DNA of 64,000 bases from an uncultured virus (IMG/VR IMGVR_UViG_3300035501_001058). Lineage: Duplodnaviria; Heunggongvirae; Uroviricota; Caudoviricetes. Position 1 is the first letter of the stretch, and the number at the start of each line of letters is the position of its first letter. Under the pieces are notes generated by a model. That model saw nothing but the letters and a program-made list of their open reading frames with translations, did not search any database and was not told where the DNA came from. Positions 55,801 through 62,866 of this stretch are shown piece after piece. Where the stretch lies: the IMG/VR virus record IMGVR_UViG_3300035501_001058. The stretch is one strand, 5' to 3'. The translations under genes and the position numbers were made by a program.

Positions 55801-58575
55801 GCTAATGCTGAAAATGTACAGAAGCTTATAGAAAAAGATTATCAAGATGGATTACTTTCTGAGGAAGATAAAGTTGCTGTTGCCAATGAAGTATACAAGC
55901 AAGCATTTAATGATATTGAAGTTGATATATTTGGAAATGGTGCTGATAAAAATGGAATTATTGATAGAAATAATAATTTATTTATCATGTTTGATTCCGG
56001 TGCAAGAGGTAGTAAGGGACAGATAATGCAATCAATTGGTGCAGTTGGATTTTTGCAGAAGACCAAAGACGAGAATCTCAAGCTACCAGTATTAGGCAAT
56101 TATTCTGAGGGATTATCCAGTTTTGATTTCCAGATGCTTGCGTACTCTACAAGAACTGGTATGGCATCTACACAGAATGAAACTAGTAATTCAGGTTATG
56201 CAACAAGAAGAGCTGTACATTGTACATCAGGATTAGAGATAGTAAAGCTTGATTGCGGTAAAACTGATTGGTGGTATGATATTACTTGGGGACAAAGAAT
56301 TGATTCTTACAGTAATTTCACACCAACTCGTGCTTGGTTTAATGATTGTCTTCTTGGTGAATCTGTAGATACTAATGATGTTAATACAATGAATTTATTT
56401 GGGGAAACATTAGAGAATGGTAAAATAACAGAAAGATCATTTGATTGCTTACAAAATGGTTTTAATACAATAAAACTTGAAACACAAACAATTAAGGTTA
56501 ATCCAGAAATGTTAATTGGTACAAAACCTATAGATGATGAAAGTATAAAATATCTCAAATATTTTACTAAAGATGGCTTATTAACAAGAAGTTCAAAGAA
56601 TGTTATTGATAAAAGGCATTTAAAGCATCTTGAGACTGATATAGGTGTATTCGAGTTCAGATACAAGGTATCTGATTTGAGTAGATCACTATTAAAAAAT
56701 CGTGAAGCTAGAAATCTACCAGGATTGCATAAATATAAAGGCCCATTACATGATAGATTATCATCAGATATGTATATTATGACTGATGAAACTATTAAAT
56801 GGATTGAGCAGTCAGGTAAGGAAAGGATAGAAGCACGAATTTTATTAGATTGCAGAATAGGTTGGTCTGATAATGGTGAACCAAATAAGACTCTTCATGG
56901 ATGTTGTGCTAGATGTTATGGTTTAAAATATACTTCAAACACTTTACCAGAGTTACATGAAAATGTAGGCATAGAGGCTGCACAGGCTATTGGAGAGCCT
57001 GCGGCACAGCTGACATTGTCTTTAGTAAATAAAGGTGGTGCTACTGGAGAATCAGTTGCGAGTGGAGTTGATATTTTACATAAAATTCTTGATGGTTCTA
57101 ATATGTATACAGATGCATACAAGATGACTCCTTTAGTTGCAAAGGAAAGTGGATATCTAAATGTTGAAACTCTTGATAAGAAAACTTCTGTTTCAATAAC
57201 TTTAGTTGATAAAGATGGAAATAATTCTGTTGTTGTATCAGGTCAAGATGCCTATGCGGGTGCAAAAGGAAGCATTAGAATTAATGCACAGAGTTTGGTT
57301 TGTAAGGATAAAGAATGGATTAATGCAGGTGAACCTATAACAAAAGGTTATGTTATACCAGCAAATATTATTAAGATCCCTTCAAACAGTGAAGAAGAAC
57401 TCATTAGAGCTAAACAAATAGTCTGGCTTAGTAATTGGTTTAAGACATTTGATGATTCCGGTATCACTATTAATGCTAGACATTTTGAGTTATTCACCAT
57501 AGCACAGATGTCTGATATGCTAGTTGTAAAGTCAAATAATCCAGATTATGTTGTCGGAAAGCGTTATAAAATGAGCGATGTTATGACAGCTTCAGGGGTT
57601 ATTGCAACTCTAGACATCAATAAGTGCAGCGAAACGATTTTAAATAGTAGTGGCGCATTAGCAGTTTTGTCTTATGAAAATATTATGTCTTCCTTACCAG
57701 ATATGGCACAACAGCACTATAGGAGCTATAAAAATTCTCCTACAGGTGCATTAAATCTTGGTGAAAGTCTTGTTACAAAAGAAAAGAAGATACTTACAAA
57801 ACCAATACTTAATTATCGACGTTCTGATGATGATTTTAATGAAATAGATATTAAGTATGATGAACCAGCTCCTGTAAACTTTGAAGATTTAAATCCTTTT
57901 GAGGCATTTGATTCATTAGATGGAATGGATTTATTTGCAGATGTTACAACTTCTGAAGAAGCTATTAGTAAACAAGAAAATACAGAATCAGAAGATGATG
58001 GCATGATTAATTTATTAGACGAGATTGATACAAATTATCAGAGCAAAGAACCTGAAATCATTGAGAATGATACTATACTTAATGACATGGCATTGTTTGA
58101 TGATGTAACAGAAAAAAGTGAAGAGGTTGATAGTGATAGTGAGAATAAATTATGCAATCTTACATTTGCTATTTTAGATAAAGAAACATTCATGCCATAC
58201 GAGGGATATGATGTTATTTTATCTAAAGAGAATAAGCCTTTAGCTAGTTCTGTTTCAGACTCTTTTGGAAATGTCACTTTTGCTGATGTTAAACCAGGTA
58301 ATTACAGTGTTAGCTTACCATCAGATGAATTGATTGGTGACACTATGCTTGAAATTGCGGTAAATCCTGATGACATAATAAATAAAGAATTATTAGTCAC
58401 AAAGATTATTAATGATGCAGAGCAGGTTTTACCAGAGGAATCTTCTTATTTAGAAGATACTGATGAGGATATCGAAGATTATGATTTTGATGACGATGAT
58501 TACGATTACTCTGAAGATTTTATAAGAAAAGATAAGAAGAGATACAAGAATGTAAAATTTAGTGATATTTTTTGA
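49882..58575 (+). CDS. rpoBC: Fused beta-beta' DNA-directed RNA polymerase (divergent, single polypeptide)
   Basis: Beta motifs GRLDPYDSPESGKIG, DKFAGRIGNKGVV, LNPLGVPSRMN, YMYKL.H and GGQSIGEME; beta' motifs GRSGRSII, RQPSLH, YNADFDGDQM, SGARGS, SGYATRR, CCARCYG, AAQAIGEP and INARHFE. Confidence 0.96.
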   Translation: MSNINIMDKQRAAYQELLDRLIPEWLNSAGYTKDNRYKVSFKMYPIDTINYIEEGGTIFTILKTFCTIKDLYTDEQQEIIIDLLKIPVFQELGFKIRGNYRQVLDLYDKPAGWSFKQETRIANTEPYQYNEARLVSANYKTIVFVKDKQAPYFYCSKNVGDNKTEKSQILISVFFRALTGYTNAELLELFGYDNPYNTLTFSDNEYIATSNASRKNIKSCKTRSDCIEMLYNALFSHTEEMNIEEKLHNVKNWFFKKSYLDLGAGNGKRFEYIQSFKNRALNRTLAEDVQLLDELLQSGTTLTADTLDKIDNSPVTCIKVNYDGKVHSLMKFSTLTFRALGYTLVEDVNVENGIIKAGTKLTITDLKELNESNLDKITVTAGKSNKDAKIIMARTVDASVLTIEDLFTAYSIFANNINGYDYVSDIDELTDKIVVPLDKKVLSRLSTNINNFINKLNVRLDLLKHKDSGRIIDALTDFSDAINKDGLLSDLANVDTKESQMSDINNVMSFIAKDFKVTNQSGGKNATDSLIGVHGLEFGRLDPYDSPESGKIGIVHHRTLLAKEDEDGYLTVPYTAVSNGEILDRVDYLSATDEKDLYIAAWDETFLNEDGTKKDRVLCRYKGELTNVDVSAVHYKEYSSLQNLSPTTASIPFLNFAAGKRLQMSDNQIKQAVNTPGAERARVCTGVESLLNTGVYRAKEILSNYYNEQVYNVPEIASYKEQILNSDLQLIRINSEKELRKLTMLVVEATKLNLENLVVETSISIPFAQHTMKSDMFSYRINAGTGGLYSCNDIVAYNTSYDMTDYNIDGVINYGDYKIDDEQLKGSLALGHNYCVAFKTMESSSIDDGIVISSAIVADDTITSIMIYKESVELFDKDTESFEAPREKANGQVIERFNENGLPKIGTYLYPGDIVVWKKIIKTGPVKGEHSSERFEPKSLGKYTEGQVIHTAIVKKSDGKVVAEVYLAYRASGEVADKFAGRIGNKGVVAKIIPEEMMPYDPETGRTVDFILNPLGVPSRMNITQLLEVTLAAAATKNNEIAIVSPFHPDSLSYVIEKAGQANIHPKKLIDGRTGEYFEREINVGYQYMYKLVHMARKNIHAVGLHHGVNAVTLQAKSSAKLNGGQSIGEMESWCFEGVGANKVLQELQSTLSDDRDARKELEGTINRNPYYINVKGTNHNDVMMTTLLRLLGCEVTNGIDASGETYYEFNPLTDKFIKSFCPKSVGKDSLHNVDVFGSNTPQSKMDDRYKWGWIDLNTEIVHPIWIERGNLSKLFLVSTAKEVKDKTFTPPAQWDKNNITEEECRIQWKKVCGAGKWLLRDIKDCKLYVRCIEGDNMSILYTIRNDEKSSFAFDFLSDEGKQHYKTGFEAISYIFTHYDLNNALSELSAIINKRDINARELSYEELKAIRNGSSFAEVRANTLQEAMSDKIDDYDYNDPTAAYNYKEANSTLIKNKSRYNYIKEFIASGSRLSDYLITSYPVMPAIYRPTLDNDIRSINDFDARYCEILEQASKVNDVESQSSRLAVYNAISDFVGINSNATSGKKSYATVLSWFTGKDQKSSNAKHHGKIRETVQKKIVGRSGRSIIIPSDDPKRGPMYIGLPFTMATDMYAEQLRVHLENYIVERPEELKLTVKDYRMLFLALSTDNTAKFIEIYNSTFAPFYQMQWYKAKQKFMQWITEFVEGTDGKPIGPNGMVLEPQVVLFGRQPSLHRYSIRAFYPKIVFTKALQVHPIVCSGYNADFDGDQMWVVALISEEAKSEAIEKMSAKSDIVNPKNGEIILTHSQDIALGLYVMTMLKDNKLELEDKAIKYYYSSIDLLKSDILDGIIHSWDLVAYTEDSKHFVSTAGRILFNSIIPGGFSAENGTFTNKWGIDIRKPERYAELLYDGLITSGKSADNYKSFKLSKICKDLYDRCIDDDWFKNMYGTAGLLDVYQNLTEIGFKMSDRHSVSISIFDLKAISDKSNKKEILANAENVQKLIEKDYQDGLLSEEDKVAVANEVYKQAFNDIEVDIFGNGADKNGIIDRNNNLFIMFDSGARGSKGQIMQSIGAVGFLQKTKDENLKLPVLGNYSEGLSSFDFQMLAYSTRTGMASTQNETSNSGYATRRAVHCTSGLEIVKLDCGKTDWWYDITWGQRIDSYSNFTPTRAWFNDCLLGESVDTNDVNTMNLFGETLENGKITERSFDCLQNGFNTIKLETQTIKVNPEMLIGTKPIDDESIKYLKYFTKDGLLTRSSKNVIDKRHLKHLETDIGVFEFRYKVSDLSRSLLKNREARNLPGLHKYKGPLHDRLSSDMYIMTDETIKWIEQSGKERIEARILLDCRIGWSDNGEPNKTLHGCCARCYGLKYTSNTLPELHENVGIEAAQAIGEPAAQLTLSLVNKGGATGESVASGVDILHKILDGSNMYTDAYKMTPLVAKESGYLNVETLDKKTSVSITLVDKDGNNSVVVSGQDAYAGAKGSIRINAQSLVCKDKEWINAGEPITKGYVIPANIIKIPSNSEEELIRAKQIVWLSNWFKTFDDSGITINARHFELFTIAQMSDMLVVKSNNPDYVVGKRYKMSDVMTASGVIATLDINKCSETILNSSGALAVLSYENIMSSLPDMAQQHYRSYKNSPTGALNLGESLVTKEKKILTKPILNYRRSDDDFNEIDIKYDEPAPVNFEDLNPFEAFDSLDGMDLFADVTTSEEAISKQENTESEDDGMINLLDEIDTNYQSKEPEIIENDTILNDMALFDDVTEKSEEVDSDSENKLCNLTFAILDKETFMPYEGYDVILSKENKPLASSVSDSFGNVTFADVKPGNYSVSLPSDELIGDTMLEIAVNPDDIINKELLVTKIINDAEQVLPEESSYLEDTDEDIEDYDFDDDDYDYSEDFIRKDKKRYKNVKFSDIF

Positions 58576-58577
58576 TA

Positions 58578-58612
58578 GGAAAGTAGGTGTTAATAGCACC
58601 TACTTTCTTTTT
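58578..58612 (+). terminator. Intrinsic terminator after the RNAP gene
   Basis: GGAAAGTAGGTG-TTAATAG-CACCTACTTTCT then T run. Confidence 0.75.
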
Positions 58613-58633
58613 ATGAGGTGGAGGTGATCATAA

Positions 58634-59152
58634 ATGAACAATAGGCAATATCAATACAGTGGAAGGCATTCTTCTAATACTCAGCACATGTCTAAAAGTC
58701 AGAAGAAGCGAGATGCTTTTAATTATAGAGCAGCTTACTTTAGAAAGAATCCAGGATTATTCGGTTGTATCTGGTTTTGCTCACAGTGTGGTATCCCATT
58801 GTTTGGTCGCGATAGCGTTCAGGTAGATCATATAATACCTCTGGCTGGTGTAGGGATAAATAGAACTATTAATACAGTTGCAATTTGTCCGAAATGTAAT
58901 AGAGAGAAGAGTGACAAGGGTGGAAAGTATATAGTTAAGGGAGCTTTTGCAAAGATAATAGAAGTAGCTCTGTTTACTATACAGAAGTTTTTCTTAAAAT
59001 TATTAGTTTTCATTTTACGTATACTTCATGCAATTATCACAGGTATTTTAGGAATACTAGAACTTTTTCTATCTTTCTTTAGCTCTGATAAGAAGATAGC
59101 AATTATGATAATTGCAATTATTTTGATTATATACTTTATTATTAGGAGGTAA
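58634..59152 (+). CDS. HNH endonuclease domain with a C-terminal hydrophobic region
   Basis: CSQCG...VDHIIP...N....CPKCNREK then long hydrophobic helices. Confidence 0.85.
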   Translation: MNNRQYQYSGRHSSNTQHMSKSQKKRDAFNYRAAYFRKNPGLFGCIWFCSQCGIPLFGRDSVQVDHIIPLAGVGINRTINTVAICPKCNREKSDKGGKYIVKGAFAKIIEVALFTIQKFFLKLLVFILRILHAIITGILGILELFLSFFSSDKKIAIMIIAIILIIYFIIRR

Positions 59153-59158
59153 GAAATC

Positions 59159-61846
59159 ATGATATCGGATTATGTATCTAGCACTTTGTCTTTTGATGAG
59201 GTGCAATTTGCTGTATCTATAGCATTAGATAACTTAGGTGCTGAAAAAGCAGCTAAGAAGGTATTGCGATTGTTTCAGAGTGATAGTCCTACAGAAGTAT
59301 TAGAAATACGAGATTATGTAATAAAAAATTCTATTACAATAGTAAAAGATTTTATAGCAATGCTTTTTACTAAAAAAGTAATACCAACAAAGAAAAACCG
59401 TATGTATAGTGTGTATGAATATGGTGTTATAACTGATGTATTAGATGAAGTTATTTTAACAGAAAAGCAGATATATAATAGCACAATGCAAATTATTGCA
59501 CTACATGATAAAACAGATTTCATTATTTTATATCAGGATACTAATATGTGGTTGAGCTTCTTTAAACCCCGTATTAAACAGCGAGGCCCAACTATAACGG
59601 ATGATATTAAAAATGATATTGTTAGCGCTTTTAAGGATTTTACCCGTAAGTACTCAGCAAATGGTTCTTACTCAGTTAGTTCTAAGACACCTGAAGCTTT
59701 TCTTATTAATACATATAATCAATACTTCAGTAAGAGCAGAGAATACTTTAATACTATGAATAGAAGAGGTGTGCTGGATTCAATCAACGATGAAAGTAAA
59801 GCTTCTTTAGTTGATATTCGTATGGATGATGCTGTAGATGATAGTGATTTACCGATATATTCTAGGGATAATGGTATTGATTTTCTGAATATTGCTAATA
59901 AGATATATGATGCTTCTAAAAGTTTATTTAAGCATGGCTCAGAGAACAAACCTTTAGACTGTGACATTTTCTCTTGGTATAAATTTGATAGAGCTAAAAA
60001 TGCAATTAAGGCACATTCTGTAGCTCTAGGAAAATTGAAGGAGGTCTATACTGTAGATTATAGTGCAACCCCATTTGATATAGATAATCCCACAGAAAAA
60101 ACTAAGTTTCAAAAACGTTTTCCTGTATGTGAGAAGTATATGGGGATAGTTAATAGTAGTTTTAGTTCGGAGGATATTTATAATATTTATGAAGAAATGT
60201 ATAGATTTCAGGCAACTGTTGCTGGGAGAGACCGTGAAGGTTTATACATATTTCGTAATAAGATAGGTGAAAACTCTTTAAATTTTCAAAAGCATTTAGA
60301 GGGTTTTGCTGCACTTAAAGACTTGGTGAACTTTCTAGAATCCTCTAGAAACAATACAGGAATTTCAGTTAGTAATTTTCCTGTTAACATATTCAGAGAT
60401 GCAAAACTTTTAAATAGATTTCAGAGTTTAGAAGAATACTTAATGTTGTGTCATGATACTGAAAAACTTATTAAAGAAGTTGATACTGATTCTATACGAT
60501 CATCTGCGATAGGTGAGGGAAATTTGCAGAAAAATGAAGTTATAAATTACAAATTACAAACAGCTATAACTAGCAAAAATGATTTCAACACTCTTTATAC
60601 TAAATTCTTGGAATTAAATTTATCAAAGGGTGAATCTGCAATTAAGAAATCTATGTCTGATATTATTAATGAGGAAATCGTGCAACCTATTTATAAGTTT
60701 AACCGTAATTTAGATGTGCATCAGGTTTTACATTATAAAGAACAGCTCAGTCAGGAAACAACAAATAGGAGCCTTGGTAGTCAGCTATTACAGTTAACTA
60801 CTAAAGCTATACGTGTACTGAATGGTTTAAAGGCTGAAAATCTTTCAAGGCAGGCTAAGGCCAATTTAGCATTATCATACATTATGCTATTAGATAATTT
60901 TCTAGAAGCGGCGGATTGTCCTATTGATAATGCTGCAATTTCAACAATTAATAATAGGAATATTTCTGAGTTACTTAGAGATGCAGGCGTAAAGGAGCGG
61001 GAAAAGTTTATTATAGCTAGTAAAAATGGTCCTATAATTAAAGAGAATTTTCCTTATATTGATTATCTGACAGCAGCTTTTAATGATTCAGTAAATATTA
61101 TTTTCGAAGATGATGCTTCTGATGCTGATTTAGAAACAGTATTTAATGTATCAAGAATTAATAATGGAATCTTACAAAAGCTTTTAGCTTTTAGTGATGA
61201 AGCCCTGCAATTATTAAAAAGCTTTGAAAATAAAGATATTACTAAAGAGGGGTATTATTTATATTTTGCCAAATTATTAAGCTGTCATAAAATTATTAAA
61301 CTTGGATTTCCAATTAATTCAGTATCATCGGTAATTAATTTTATGTATAAAAGCTATGTTATACAACAAAGTTTTAACTTCGATTTGTCATATGGTGAAA
61401 GACAACAAAAAAGATCAAAAATTGTTTTAAAAGCAGTTAATGATTTTTTGTTGACTTATAAAGACCTTTTTATGATAATGAAAAATTTTAATAGGTTAAC
61501 TAATGATGTTTTGAGAACTTCTGGATACGCCACAGGTATTTCTAGTGCAGAATATAATCGTCTAGTTAAAATGAATGCACGACTTGTAGCCAATGAACCA
61601 GATTTAGGTAAAGTTGGCGAAATCATGCGTATAACAGCTAATCATAATTGTTATTTTGGAGAAGATGGTTATCTTATGCGATACAATGACTATGTTAAAT
61701 TAGGTGAGCAATACTATATTCATAAGCAGGGATACAAGGTAGATACTGGATTGCGTGCTAATACTGATTTAGAATACAAACCAGCTTTCAAAGCTTTGAC
61801 AGATACAGATTTATATAACTTAGAAATTAGGGTGATGATGTTTTAA
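59159..61846 (+). CDS. Large hypothetical protein
   Basis: 895-aa ORF, AGGAGG RBS; no motif recognised. Confidence 0.8.
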   Translation: MISDYVSSTLSFDEVQFAVSIALDNLGAEKAAKKVLRLFQSDSPTEVLEIRDYVIKNSITIVKDFIAMLFTKKVIPTKKNRMYSVYEYGVITDVLDEVILTEKQIYNSTMQIIALHDKTDFIILYQDTNMWLSFFKPRIKQRGPTITDDIKNDIVSAFKDFTRKYSANGSYSVSSKTPEAFLINTYNQYFSKSREYFNTMNRRGVLDSINDESKASLVDIRMDDAVDDSDLPIYSRDNGIDFLNIANKIYDASKSLFKHGSENKPLDCDIFSWYKFDRAKNAIKAHSVALGKLKEVYTVDYSATPFDIDNPTEKTKFQKRFPVCEKYMGIVNSSFSSEDIYNIYEEMYRFQATVAGRDREGLYIFRNKIGENSLNFQKHLEGFAALKDLVNFLESSRNNTGISVSNFPVNIFRDAKLLNRFQSLEEYLMLCHDTEKLIKEVDTDSIRSSAIGEGNLQKNEVINYKLQTAITSKNDFNTLYTKFLELNLSKGESAIKKSMSDIINEEIVQPIYKFNRNLDVHQVLHYKEQLSQETTNRSLGSQLLQLTTKAIRVLNGLKAENLSRQAKANLALSYIMLLDNFLEAADCPIDNAAISTINNRNISELLRDAGVKEREKFIIASKNGPIIKENFPYIDYLTAAFNDSVNIIFEDDASDADLETVFNVSRINNGILQKLLAFSDEALQLLKSFENKDITKEGYYLYFAKLLSCHKIIKLGFPINSVSSVINFMYKSYVIQQSFNFDLSYGERQQKRSKIVLKAVNDFLLTYKDLFMIMKNFNRLTNDVLRTSGYATGISSAEYNRLVKMNARLVANEPDLGKVGEIMRITANHNCYFGEDGYLMRYNDYVKLGEQYYIHKQGYKVDTGLRANTDLEYKPAFKALTDTDLYNLEIRVMMF

Positions 61847-62097
61847 TGGAATTATTATTAAATGGTATAGGATGGGTCACCATCCTATACAAAGATGGCT
61901 CATTAAGGGTTATTCACACAACTCTTAATGAAGATATACTTGCCAGCTATGGTGTAAAACCCAGAGTTGGCTTTATTTTTGATGTGGATAGGGGAGAGTT
62001 TGTTGCATTTAGGGAGGATGCAACAGATATAAATGTCTCCTCAGATAAACCAGTTTTTACTGATGAGGTGATTAATTTTGCGAATAGATTTATTTAA
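61846..62097 (+). CDS. Small SH3-like barrel protein (WYL_2/DUF2693-like)
   Basis: KDGSLR....TL...FDVDRGEF.AFR resembles the phage DUF2693 pattern. Confidence 0.5.
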   Translation: MELLLNGIGWVTILYKDGSLRVIHTTLNEDILASYGVKPRVGFIFDVDRGEFVAFREDATDINVSSDKPVFTDEVINFANRFI

Positions 62098-62866
62098 AGA
62101 TAGAGAACTTTTAAAAGAAGAAAATAGATTACTAGCATACACAGAACAAAGAACATTTACTTTAGCTAGTTCCAAAGAAGAATTAGAAAATGTATGTGGT
62201 GATGATAGTGCATTTCTTGATGAATTGCTTGTTACAGCAGCATCACCAAGAGTCTACAATTCTATTTTTGGAAATGCATACGATTCTCATTTTATTCTTG
62301 AGGCTATGGGATTAGAAAAGAATACCAAAGAGAATATTATAGTTGTAGATTTAAGTAATAGCCTTGATTATGTTTTACATAGATTAACTGGTTGCTCAGT
62401 TGAGAGTGTACATAAACTAAATAATTATGAAGCTGTAAGTAGACATATTATGAATTATAATTTTTCTGCTTTAAGTAATGTAAAAATAAAAGATTTGGCG
62501 GCGTTAGATTTAAATATAGCTGAATGGATTGCTAGTTTATTAATCAGTGTTTCTAATAATCAGCTAAGTGATACTGAGATTTTGAATATGCTTATAACTA
62601 AGTTTTATAGAGCAATAACTATAGAAGCACAAAAGATACGAAATTACATCATGTTCTATCTTAGGAGTACATGTAATGACACTTTTATAATAAAAAGTCG
62701 TTCTTTATGTAGTATACTGGCGACTACAGATGCTGAAATAGATGATGTATGTACCTTATTTGAGTCAGGTAGAGATGATGTTGAGTATGATTTGCATATA
62801 TTAAAATTTAAAAAGTATGAGTTTTACAGAGGAGGTGCTTACAATGTTCTTAACTGGAAGCATTAA
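62078..62866 (+). CDS. Hypothetical protein
   Basis: TTG start after GAGGTG; overlaps both neighbours. Confidence 0.7.
   Translation: MRIDLFKDRELLKEENRLLAYTEQRTFTLASSKEELENVCGDDSAFLDELLVTAASPRVYNSIFGNAYDSHFILEAMGLEKNTKENIIVVDLSNSLDYVLHRLTGCSVESVHKLNNYEAVSRHIMNYNFSALSNVKIKDLAALDLNIAEWIASLLISVSNNQLSDTEILNMLITKFYRAITIEAQKIRNYIMFYLRSTCNDTFIIKSRSLCSILATTDAEIDDVCTLFESGRDDVEYDLHILKFKKYEFYRGGAYNVLNWKH

Noticed and set aside
49882..58575. Host housekeeping rpoB-rpoC
   Set aside because: Too divergent at normally invariant motifs and lacks the ribosomal-protein gene context
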